From: Squalus acanthias
Taxonomy: Eukaryota
DNA: 64,000 nucleotides
Assembly (NCBI GenBank): GCA_030390025.1
Contig: CM059425.1
Location: forward strand, 168,704,001 to 168,768,000
Direction of reading: 5' to 3'
Shown here: positions 38,357 through 50,200 of the stretch, in pieces
Layout: the number at the start of each line of letters is the position of its first letter
Position numbering within the stretch: position 1 is the first letter of the stretch
Notes under the pieces: model-generated
The model's input: the letters and a program-made list of their open reading frames with translations, nothing else
Told to the model about the DNA's origin: nothing
The model's database searches: none
Program-made: the position numbers and the translations under genes

Positions 38357-38776
38357 AACATAGGAATAGGCCATTCAGCCCCTTGAGCCTGTTCTGCCGT
38401 TCAGTGAGATCATAGCTGATCTGTATCTTAACTCCATCCACCTGCCTTGGCTCCGTATCCTTTTATACCCTTGTCTAGCAAAAATCTATCAACCTCAGAT
38501 TTAAAATTATTAATTGAGCTAGCATCTACTGCTTTTTTTGGGAGAGTTTCACACTTCTACCACCATTTGTGTGAAAACATGTTTCCTAATTTCTCTCCTG
38601 AATGGCCTGGCTCTCATTGTAAAGTTATGTCCCCTTGTTCTAGATTCCCCCACCAGTGGGAAAAGTTTCTCTCTATCTACCCTATCAATTCCATTCAAAA
38701 TCCTAAAAACCTCAATCAAATCAGCCCTTAACCTTCTATATTCCAGGGAATACAAGCCTAGTTTATGTAATCTCTA
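38357..38776 (-). mobile_element. CR1 3' fragment
   Basis: YSLEYRRLRADLIEVFRIL...ESRTRGH plus the CR1 tail. Confidence 0.85.
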
Positions 38777-39209
38777 AATGTGGTTTTCTTTGTTTATTCC
38801 TTTTCAAACTTTTGTCAACTCATAAATAACTAAATTAAAGTTTTAGAAAGAAATTTGGGAAAGAAGAGCATGTAAGGTGAACCTAATATGAGATGGCCCT
38901 CTGTTCCCCCTCTTGTTGCCATCCACAGTACAGGTCTGCTGGCTTAATGACTCCACCACCAGTGCACGTCTTGTCCAAGCAAAATGGGTGCATGATTGTT
39001 AACTGGCATGTAGCCTTCTTAAAGCTGGCTCTGAGTTTGTAAAGTTGATTAGAACATTGTACTGCTTTTTGAGTAAGCATTTTATTGTTTGTTAATTTTC
39101 CTGCATCAATTCCTGTAGTTGTGAATGACTGAATTTTTACATTGCAAGTGTGCGTGTAGTTTTTCCGTGGTATTCTGGCAGTTACAATGTAACTTACAAC
39201 AGAAAAAGT

Positions 39210-39588
39210 GCTGAAGATGGTAATCCCTTTAGGGGTTCCTATTGTGCTGTACAACTTGGATGAGGAAAATGAGTTTGAGAGACAAAAACAGATGCACTTA
39301 TCCCTGAGGCTATGTCTGCAGCCATCATTACCCCAGGACCCACACTTGCATTCCCAGGCAGTCCTACCTGGGCATGTCAGAGGAAACTTTGCCAAGGGAG
39401 GATGTCACAGACCTATGCATTGGTTCCAAGATGACCTGTAGGCAACTTGTACAACAAGGCTGGTTCTCGCCACAGTTGTGAAGGTCACTAACGCATTAAG
39501 TTGTTATGTCACCAAATCCTTCCAAACCATCACAGGGAACATCTGCCAAATCAGACAATCTGCTGCCCATGTATGCATCAAGCACTAA
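39210..39588 (+). pseudogene. N-terminal remnant of a PIF/Harbinger (HARBI1-like) transposase
   Basis: 39469-39588 reads ATVVKVTNALSCYVTKSFQTITGNICQIRQSAAHVCIKH*, aligning with remembered HARBI1 TQVLAALGFYTSGSFQTRMGDAIGISQASMSRCV. Upstream PRQSYLGMSEE remnant. Confidence 0.68.
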
Positions 39589-39669
39589 TTAATTTGAAAT
39601 GAAGTTTGACATTTTAAAAATGTGATCTTCAGAGTAAACTAATCTTAAAGGTGAGTAAAGTATAGCAGC

Positions 39670-40035
39670 GAATTTATCTGGTGAATAAGCGAGTCATGCA
39701 GATCAGGGAAGTCCCAGGTTCAATCCTGTCTGTTGAGATGACGTGTCCCAGCTGGAGCAGCAGGGCAAATGGCACTACATTTAACTTCAGCACCATGGGC
39801 AAGAAGGGCAGGATTGTCCAGGGTTCTGATTGCCATCCAGTGATTTTTACTTGAAGTCCATATATGTGGACATTGAGTAAAGAGAGGATTGGTGTCGTCT
39901 GTGATATCTCTTGTGTCAAATAGTCTGGCAACTCTCATCGTTAGGGCTCACATGTCAACATTACCCACTGGAATGAGGTAGGGTGGCACCCATGGAATCG
40001 GTGTCTTTAGGAGAGATGGGGATGGGAAAAAATTG
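39670..40035 (+). mobile_element. Old tRNA-derived SINE-like repeat; related minus-strand copies near 45150-45440 and 51700-52240
   Basis: B-box-like ccaggttcaatcc and a shared tgat..atccagtga block with the other copies; family not identified. Confidence 0.45.
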
Positions 40036-40203
40036 GCGAGAACAATTTTAAATAGTGTAGTAGAGGTGATTTGGCCTCAAACAGCTGGCAGCCATAGAGA
40101 ATATACTGAACTCAGATTATTAACACATGCAAACATAGTTCATTTCTTGGCAGGTTGCTGCATGTTCATTAAATATACCCTGACCAAAAAAATCAAAGAT
40201 ATA

Positions 40204-40490
40204 GGGCTGGATTTTGATACTGGGGCGGGTTGGGGTCGTGTTATCCACCCGACTGCAATTAGATGTGGGAGATTGATGCAATTTTCACCTAATTGGGCAG
40301 TTGAGTTCCAGCATGTGGGAACCCATGAACCAATTCGTGTTTTCAGTCTGAAAGTCGCCTCTGATGATGTCATCGTTGCTGCTGCATTGAAGGTCTTCAG
40401 AGACTGCCTGGCCTTTGCTGTGAGAGGACCTGGATGCAAAATGAGCAGCAGCAGCCCTAAGTCTGTTCCCACATATTTTTACACCACCAC

Positions 40491-40521
<31 letters not shown>

Positions 40522-40837
40522 TCCAGCCAGCCCAAATGTGCTCCCGCCAGGTTTCACAATCGTGGTTCAGAACAGGCGTGCTTCACGTAGAACAAGGGTT
40601 AAAATCAGAAAGGCCTTTCAAAATGGCATTATAGAGCCAATTTAGTGCTTGTTAAGGGCCTTAACAACCTATCCCGTCTGTTAAAGGCGGGACGCAGTCG
40701 GGACCAGCAGACACGATTTCATGAAAATTGCGTGGAGGCGGGATGGAGGCGGACTTGTGTCCGCCCGCCAGTTTTTGCAATTTTAACCCCCCACACGCCT
40801 CCAAACCCGCCTCCACGGGTCAATGAAAATCCAGCCC
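40204..40837. mobile_element. PIF/Harbinger-like MITE containing a (GA)n microsatellite (40496-40521)
   Basis: Perfect 12-bp TIR gggctggatttt / aaaatccagccc with 3-bp ATA on both flanks. Confidence 0.78.
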
Positions 40838-41359
40838 ATAGTGATCCCTTAGTTCAGTATGTTTCAATAGTTCAAAAACCAACAAACCGCAATGTTTATA
40901 AACCTGACACAGAAGCTGATGGCTGTTTGTTGTTGAATCAAAAGAATTATTTCATTTCACACCTAGACTAGCACACAGTAATGCCAACACTCCCGAATTA
41001 AAATTGAGTTATGTGATTTTTAATAAAAAATTGACCACCTCGCGAGTCAACTGTAAAAAGTCACGGGCCTGGAATTTGCAGTCGGGATGACTGTGAACTG
41101 GCAGCGTTCGCCGTCATTCCGCCTTTGAAACTGACCGCAACTTAGGGATTTGGCGCAGGTGCATGCGGAAATCCCGAAGTTGTGGTCAGTCAATGACAGC
41201 TCCGAAACAGGCTGCGCTGTGCCCCCCACAGAGCCGGCAATCTGTGTAATCACTCAACTCATTGAAACTGGCGAAAACTTCGGCTCTTCCGCAGTAATTA
41301 TGCTGTTAAGTTCCCCACTAAAAGTTAGGCCCAAAGGGATTCGGTGTAACTGGGGTTTT

Positions 41360-42787
41360 AAGAACATAAGAAATAGGAGCAGGAGTAGGCCATTCAGCCC
41401 TTCGAGCCTGCTCCGCCATTCAATGAGATCATGGCTGATCTTCTGCCTCAACTCCATTCACCGGCCCTATCGCCATATCCCTTGATGCCCTTACTAGTCA
41501 GAAATCTATCGACTTCTGTTTTGAATATACCCAATGACTGAGCCTCCACAGCCCTCTGGGGTAGAGAATTCCAAAGATTCACCACCCTCTGTGTGAAGAA
41601 ATTTCTTCTCATCTCAGTCCTGAATGGCCTACCCTTTATCTTGAGGCTGTGGCCCCTGGTTCTCGACTCCCCAGCTAAGGGAAACATTCTCCCAGCATCC
41701 ATCCTATCAAGCCCTGTAATAATTTTGTATGCTTCAATGAGATCCCCTCTCATTCTTCTGAATTCAGGAGATTACAGGCCTAGTTTACTCAATCTCTCTT
41801 CTCATACGACAGTCCCGCCATCCCAGGAATCAATCTCGTGAACCTTCGTTGCACTCCCTCTATGGCAAGTATATCCTTCCTTAGGTACGGAGACCAAAAT
41901 TGTACACAGTACTCCAGGTGTGGTCTCACCAAGGCCCTATATAATTGGAGTAAGACTTATTAACTCCTGTACTCAAATCCTCTTGTAATGAAGGCCAGCA
42001 TACCATTTGCCTTCCTAATGGCTTGCTGCACCTGCACATTCACTTTCAGTGACTCATGTACAAGGACACCCAGGTCCCTTTGAGCATCTGCATTTCCCAA
42101 TCTTTCACCATTTAGGAAATACTCTGCCTTTCTGTTTTTTCTACCAAAGTGGATAACTTCACATTTATCCACATTATATTCCATCTGCCATGTTCTCGCC
42201 CACTCACTGAGCCTGTCGAGATTCCCTTGAAGCCTCTTCACATCCTCTTTGCAACTGACACTGCCACCTAGCTTTGTATCATCAGCAAATTTGGAAATGT
42301 TACATTTAGTCCCCTCATCCAAATCATTGATATAGATTGTGAATAGCTGGGGCCCAAGCACCGATCCTTGCGGTACCCCACTAGTCACAGCCTGCCATCC
42401 TGAAAAAGACCCGTTTATCCCTACTCTTTGTTTTCTGTCTGTTAACCAATTCTCAATCCATGCTAGTATATTACCCCCAATTCCATGTGACCTAATTTTG
42501 TTCAGCAACCTCTTGTGTGGGACCTTACCGAAGGCCTTCTGAAAATCCAGATACACCACATCTACCGGTTCCCCTTTGTCTACTCCAGTAGTTACATCCA
42601 CAAAGAACTCCAATAGGTTTGTCAAACAGGATTTCCCTTTCATAAATCCATGTTGACTCTGCCCAATCTTACTATTAGTTTCTAAGTGCCCAGTTATTGC
42701 ATCCTTTATAATAGATTCCAGCATTTTCCCAACTACTGATGTGAGGCTAACAGGTCTGTAGTTCCCCGTTTTCTCTCTCCCTCCTTT
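41360..42787 (-). mobile_element. 5'-truncated CR1 LINE inserted in a MITE-like element that starts at about 41065
   Basis: 283-aa RT ORF 41960-42811 and ORF 41448-41753; aagaacataagaa tail. Confidence 0.92.
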
Positions 42788-42982
42788 GACAGTGTTACTA
42801 CTGCTAAACAAATGTTATGGGCCTGGTAAATTAATTTTAATTTTGTGCAGTGAGAAATTTGTCCATTTTGATAAAAATTAAAATTAAGAAACATATCAAA
42901 AAAAATTTTTTAATTTTTTTAAAGTTTGTCCATCTTTATTTTAGGTTTGCCTTTTCCCTTGCTCCGTTTGATAATGCTTCAC

Positions 42983-43273
42983 TAGTAATGCCAACTCTCG
43001 CGAATTAATCGCAAAACACGTGACTTTTAATTAAAATTTACGCCAGCTCGCGAAGGGTGGTGATAAGGGGTAGGATATTTATAAGGTTTTTGTAAAGCAT
43101 TTTCAGATGCAGTATTATAGTTTTTGCAAAGAACTGTGACCTGTTAGAGATTAAATAAAGCCACTAATGAGGTTTATAAACCAAAAAATACCAACTCATG
43201 ATTTCTTGCCAAATCTCATGATTTTTTAAGAGTTTGTCTCATGATTTATGGGATGGTGGGGTTGGCATTACTG
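42983..43273. mobile_element. Small TIR element (DNA transposon relic); a similar end sits at 40976
   Basis: tagtaatgccaac / gttggcattactg TIR and subterminal (t)ctcatgattt repeats; no clean TSD. Confidence 0.55.
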
Positions 43274-44499
43274 AGCCCACTAATTGATGAATGTATCCAA
43301 ATGGTCAACAGAGATTAGATTACTTGGCATTGCTGCTTGCTTATGTTTGTGAAATATATAACTGAGACTTAAAATGAGAGGCTGCAGGCCTTTCTGCATT
43401 GTGTCAATAAGGAAATGAATGATGTGCAGTGCCACTGTTGCTTCTTACATCGTTCCTGTATTTTTAAGAAGTTCTGCATGGGGAGCAGCAGTATTTACGC
43501 TGCTTCTAGTAGATAGTTATTTTTCTGATTATTTTGTGATAGTGAACAATACGTCGTCCGGCATTCCGAATAATGGCTTAGGTTATGAACTGGGTTTATC
43601 TATTCAAATGTTTTTTAATGTTACAATTTATTGGCTTAGGATTGTTTTGGGATCTACATGTATTTTAACCATTCAGTTAATTAGTTTTAATCTATATTTA
43701 CTGATTTTCCTTCACAGCTTTAGTCAACCATTTTATATTCATTTTGATGCTGGCTATTCATGACCACTTTATTACAGTAATTTTGGCAGCATCTTATTCA
43801 ACATTTACTACTGTTTCTTATGATTTTAAGTTTACAGTGCCTGTGTTTTGATCTTTATTTTTCTGATCTTAGGTGATGGTATTTTTTCCCTGCAGAGCTG
43901 CTTCAGTGAATTTCTGGGAGATCTTTGTTATCTGACTATCTTACTGGGTTAAAAACTGTTCTCAATTTTTGGATAATTTCGGTCATTTATCCTCTTGCTT
44001 GCACTTTTCAGTGAAGTTACCTTCTGATATGTATGGGCAATTTGATGCATGTTGCCTGTTTATATTGGTGCGACAGTTTATATTTTTGTTACAATCTTTT
44101 AGCTTGATTCGTAGGTGTAATACTTCAGCTAAATGTCAGATAATAAAGATAACAAAAGAGAGATCCAAACAGACACTATGGCCTCAATTTCAACTCCTCA
44201 CGCCTGCCGGACACTAGGTCAGAGGGCAGTCGGAATGGACTGGGGACCTACCCACTCCTTTCCTGCTCCAACTTGACTGACTGGAATTTTAAATCGCAGT
44301 TGGCAAGGACACCCACCCCAAGCCGGCGGGGTTCTCTTTAAATATGCATGTTGGGTTGCAATGATTTCATCAGGGCACTGATCTGCGATTTCAACCTGAA
44401 GCCTGAGAGGGGGAGCAGTGGTGGCTTCCCTGCCAGGCCAAACCTGCCAGGAGCTGGAATCTCAGTCGTAGCTGGGTTCTCTTAATTACAGTTGAAAGG

Positions 44500-44645
44500 A
44501 AAGGACTTGCATTGATATAGCACCTTCCACATAATCAGGATGTTGCAAAGCTTCATAGCTAATGAAGTACTTTTGAGGTGTAGTCATTGTTGAAATGTAG
44601 GGAACTACAGCAGCCAAATTGTGCACAGGACGGTCCCACAAGCAA
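44500..44645 (-). mobile_element. Deu-domain SINE 3' fragment
   Basis: aatgaagtactttttgaggtgtagtcattgttgaaatgtaggg...cagccaaattgtgcacag is the reverse complement of the Deu 3' region. Confidence 0.6.
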
Positions 44646-46916
44646 TAAAGCTATGTTCAAAAAAAAAGTCCACGGTTGCCATACAGCTTTGCAAGGTTCG
44701 ATCTACCGTCGCATTCAATATTGCTAACAAATTAACAGATCAAATTTCATATGTCTTTTGATGGACGCCTGATCATTTGGCCAGTGTTTACACATCTGAG
44801 CCCCTCTCTCAGCCAGCTACACTTGGAAGCTTAATAAACCTGACAACCATGTCTCCATAAAAATCTTTTATTTTATCATATGGCTAGGTCTCCAAACTAC
44901 TTTGATTCATCAATTAGCTACTCAGGCTACTATCGAGTGTCCCAACCTGTTGTTGATTGTCTGTATGTGAGAGTCTATATGTTACCAGCTTTTCCTGAGG
45001 CCTGGTTTCCCCACAGATGGGCTTTTTAACCATTTGGACTTTCCCAGAATTCAACAGTGTGGTTCAGAGGCCAACAGTCCTCCGCTGAAGATGTTAATTC
45101 TTGCTAAAAATGTTGACTTCTTACTGAATTAAGTTTCCTTTGATGCAGTCATACTCTCGTGCTCACCCAAGTGGTCATTATTTATGTAGCATCCTGGGCA
45201 ATGAATGTTGGGAGGCTATTGACCACGGAGACATATTCTCAGTCTTGTCTACACATGTGAATTTTCAGCACAAGTCACTGGATAAGATCAGGAGCTTGGC
45301 ACATATTCCCTTCCCTATCCCAGGCAGTTGTAATACCTTTCCCCCTCAAGTGCAGCAAACTCAGCATAGAGCAAGGGTCGAACCTGGGGTCTTCCTGGTT
45401 TGTACAATGCAACTAATCACTGGATAAACTAGATGAGCCTTTGGGCAGTCCCAACTTTTTGTTACTATCCATAGCACCAGTATAGGTGGGCTTTCTTCTG
45501 GTTAACTAGAGCAAAATTGCTTTAACAAATGTTTTTGAAAAACTAAAAACTTGTAAAGTCATACATCTAATGCAATAAAGGATACAGTCTACAAATGCAA
45601 CTTTGATTTGTTGGAGGCTTTCTGTAAAATAATGGTTTAACAGGGAAATGTGTGTGTGGAGGGAAAGAAGGGAAGTGGAGTCAGAAGAATAACTATTTTG
45701 CTTTGATTTAGCAAAGGTTAATGAGATTATTTCCAGCCTTTTGGAGCTCTAAATTATCGGCTGCAGATTAAATTCTTTTTGTTTATATAACCTGGTTGCG
45801 GTGATCAAAGCTGATTTCATATAGTGTCATAAAGCCAGCAGACAGTGAGAAGATTTTTACCCATCAAACAACTCGCATTAATAGAGTGCTCCTCACATAA
45901 ATGTCTGAGTATTTTACAGGAGAAGTGGTGGACGGAGTGGGAAGTGAAAGAAGTTAGAGGGCAGGAAGACCGAAAGCATGGTCGAAGAGATTAGTTTTCA
46001 AAAGACCTTTGATGGTAGCAAAACAAAGTCGTTTTTGAAGAGAATTCCAGAGCACAGGGTTATAGTGCCTGAAAGATTGGGCAATTGAATTAGTAATATA
46101 GTAACAAAACTCAATTTTTAATAATTGTTTGATATATTGTAATCAATTCATAGGTTTATTAATGTGGTACATAGATTTTGTTTTAAATTATGCCAACATC
46201 CCTTTGCAATAATTTGAGCCCAGTGCATTTATGTTTCATATCCAAAGGTAATATAGTAACACGTATTGCTGAGTGATGACAAATACCATGCCACAGAAAG
46301 GTATAATGAGTTCTTGCCTGTTATTCCTCACGCTACTTCCCAGTCTCAATTATGCTGTTATACAGGTATTACAGCAAGCCAAACATTTTGTATGGTTACA
46401 GTTACAGACCTATTGCATAGATTAAGAACATTATTGGCAGTGCTCTCTTGCAAAAGGAAAACAAAGAAGAAAAATTCAAGAAAAAATGATCTACTGTTCT
46501 TGTTTGGCCAAATATTACTGATACAACAATTTATATTGATTTATAATATACTGATAGTGTTATTTCCTTGGCGGGATGCATTACACTCATTAATCTTTCA
46601 ATATGGACGTTATTGTGCATTTACTGCCTGAGTAGACTGATCGGCACGATCCAGCTGTTCATTTCTAATCTCTATTATCAAATAGAGGTAAAGGTTATTT
46701 ACTGATTTTCCCCAATCCCAGTATGATAAGTGATGTATTTTATAATCAAGAATTCTTTTAAAAATAGCATTGTGCCTCTAAAAATAATTGCCACTATCTT
46801 TTTGGTCTACTGCTCTGTTGTATTGCCTTTAGTAGCTTTTTAACCTCTTCACACCTTCACTGTTTTTCTCACTACCTCTGTCTTGTTTTCTCTGTTTTCT
46901 TGCAATCTCTATACAG

Positions 46917-47231
46917 GTAATTTTTATGCACTCATTTCCAAGCTCTTAGGAGAAAGAGAAGATGTGGTTCATGTGCATAAGTACAACCCTACACACAAGG
47001 CAGAATCAGACCTAGTTGCTGAGATTGCTAATGTGGTGCAAAAGAAGGATCTGGCTTCTGGTCCAAGGGAGTTCTTGGAACTTGCTGAAAGGTCTGATCC
47101 TGCCCTAGTAAGAGACAGAGTTCACAAATTCCACAGGATAGAGTCCACGCTAAGGCCTGCTGGCAATAGATTACTATCAACTCTGCAGCCTAGACCTGGG
47201 GTGGACAGCAGGGAAACTGAACACAATGGAG
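46917..47231 (+). CDS. PAM: PAM 'exon A' (PHM-PAL linker; cassette exon in mammals), GNFYALISKLLGEREDVVHVHKYNP...VVQKKDL...RDRVHKFHRIESTLRPA...EHNG
   Basis: Long pyrimidine tract, atacAG acceptor and GTgggt donor. Exactly 315 nt (105 codons), phase 1-1. Dibasic KK at 47042-47047. Confidence 0.96.
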
Positions 47232-50200
47232 GTGGGTCAGGTCCTCCGTGAAACTATGCCATGCCTAATCCTAGATTTATTCTACATCATCAAAATCTGA
47301 AGGGATTACAAGTTTATTTGGAAAAATTAAACTTTCCATTTTCGATATCAATACTGATCATTAAAGAATTATAATATAAGTATTGATCAAACACAAGTAA
47401 ATTTTCTCCCAGGTATTATAATGCTTGTACAGCATTACTGCACAATAACAAATTGCAGCTAACTTGTAATTTGTAACAAGTTAGGTATTTTTGCAGTTCT
47501 AATATTTTTAGCGATGATTTGCTATGTTTATGAAATTGTTAACAATTGCTCCAAATGCATTGTCTGTGATATATGATGCTTCAACAGTTTTGAAAGATAT
47601 ATGTGCAGTGCAATACGTATGAAATAGGATACCTTCTTCGAACTGTCTAAATATAATGTAGTAGTTGCATTTGCACAAATATGTAGACTTCACAGCTATT
47701 GGTATACTGACTTATTCCCTTCAGATTTCTATGGAAGCTAGTTTAATAGTGTCAGAGCTTGTGATGTGTTGTGGCTTCTGCCATATTGGTTGTGTTCAGT
47801 ATTGCCTGCTAATAAGCTGCTGGCTGTTACAGCATGTAAAAATATTCAAACATGACTAATATATATGCATACCAATGAAACAGTACTACTCTGCAGAATG
47901 CTGGTTTCTTGCATGACATTGCAATTTTGCCTAGAAGGTTCATTCATATTTGTTAAACGGGCATTCGATCACATGGTATCATCATCAAATTTATATCATA
48001 TGAATATCTGGTTCTGCTAAATATCATATAACCTTTGATCATGATGTTTTTTAAAATACACCCCCACTTTGCAACCCAACTGTTATTTTATGCGAAAAGC
48101 ATGCAAGGTTAGACACAGCTTAATCTGCAGTAAAAATTTTGTGAACAGAAATGTTCAAAACAGCTTTTATGCCAAGGTCAGCCCAGTGTTGCAAAGTATG
48201 GATATACACTAAAGTGTTGTTGGGAGTGGGACACTGGTTTACAAGAGAGTTCTCCGTCTCAGCTGAGTGAACTGGTGGACGCAGCAAGTGGAAGTGAGCT
48301 GCTTCCTCAGGGAAAAGTGGACAACAAGTCAACCCATATTATCTTGTGCAACTCTTGCTCACTGGTAATAAAACTACAGGAGCTAATGTCTAGAAACATA
48401 TTAGCGGCCCACACACCAAATCAGGAAACATGTGGAAAGAGGGTGTCCTCAGGAAGCTAAATTTATCTTTAAAAAACATTGAACAGCTATTTTGACAACA
48501 CTTAAATTACTGTCCTATCTGAATTCAGACATTTTCACAACTTGTACAAGTGCTGCCCATTAGTTATGATGATTTTGTACAATTTTTAGGTCTATTATTA
48601 AATGGCTGAATTAATAGATGTTTTCACATCAGAATTTTGGTTCATTGCTACAGTATTATAATTTCATTTGTGATTATTCTATTTTGTATAAATCAGCACT
48701 AAGCCACTAATTCTTGCATTCTTGCATCTCATTAGCATGCCAAAACAAATTAAAAGTCTTAAGTAATTAAAAATAAAGGCAGCTAATCATAGTATATGAT
48801 GCTATAAAATCTACACTGATTCCAATTTAAATTTACTGTGAGCCATCAGAATAACAGCCAGGATTTCTCCCTGAATTACTGAAGGTCAAAGATTACAGAT
48901 TCAACTTCAGTCTGGGGCCATTTTCTGAGGACCTTCTGTTGCAAGGATGGGATGGATATTAGGCTTGGCATTGGATGTGCCAGGTCCCGTCTTCCCCAGC
49001 AGTTTCCATGGGGTCTTGTTTGGGGTAGACCCTCTGGCCATCAGGCTTGGAGAATTTGTTGTCCCCCTTATAAATGGAGATGATGGGGCACTGCAAACAT
49101 CTTTCTGGGGGTTTTCTGGCATTCTCTTTCTCTGCACCCCACTCCCTCCTCTGGAGTTGACCCCGTACTCCAGAATTTCTGGCTTCTCGGGTGGGCATCC
49201 AAGATGCGCCCCTAGTGGCACGGGCACACGACCAGAATATTAAAGTTAGGTGACCTTCTCCTGACGCTGCGTACTTTGGAACAGCGCTAGAGGTCACGGG
49301 TGGGCGCACCTTGGCACTTATGTTGGGATGTTGGCCCTGCTTTATTTTTGCGTTTTGTTTTTGTCCTGGATTACTCCACTACATTTTTGTTATGATGCCA
49401 TGCAGTTTGAGATAGGTGTGGCTATGATTCCCAGAACAGCAAGTTGAGTGGGATGCATCATATTGATACCTATTTAAGGGAATAACCGAGGACAAGCCCT
49501 GCAATAGCTTTATCCTCAAATTCAGTGAAGAAATGCATTTGTTTATATCTACCTATATTATCGTTTAGTGGAATGCACAATTGTAGAAATACAACTCTAG
49601 TGCCCTTTTGGCCAGCAATATCCACACCCTGCCTCTTGTGTGATATCTTGTTGCTTTAGTCACAAAAACGACAGCCAAAAGAAAATATTTGACAGACAAC
49701 ATCTGTCACACTTCCTGGGTCTCTGTCCCTGCTCCTGAGCTAAATCTCTGATCCTATCACACTCTGTGGGTACTGGCTTTGCTCGCCACAGTTTCAAGCC
49801 TTGCTCTCAGCTACTTTCTCCATCTCCAGGCCCAGCTTTCTGCCACCTATGGGCTTAACAACCACAGGTTACCAGACTCGGACTTCTTGGCTGAGCTATG
49901 TCTCCAACCACATCAATATAGACTGAAGCCACAATACCAGTATAGTTACAAAAACTACAGTAGTATTGGTCTTCTAATAAAAGCTAGTTTGTAACGTGTA
50001 CTGGGATCTGGAACTTGTGGCAATATCTAAAAACAAAGTATTATTGCTGGGGATGGGAGCGCCACACTTTACCTCCACTTCCTGAGCCTGTACTTCGTCT
50101 CTGGCTCCATCATCCCTGCTTGCTCCCTCCTGGTCCTGGCCTCTCACTCCTTTCACAGTCTCCTCTTTCCCTCACCTAATCCCAGCATTGGCCTACCTGC

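Noticed and set aside
40033..40590. 185-aa ORF with an ER repeat
   Set aside because: It runs through a MITE and a (GA)n microsatellite, so it is a chance frame.
46883..47251. 122-aa ORF as a stand-alone gene
   Set aside because: It is PAM exon A plus flanking intron; the start is a TTG within the polypyrimidine tract.
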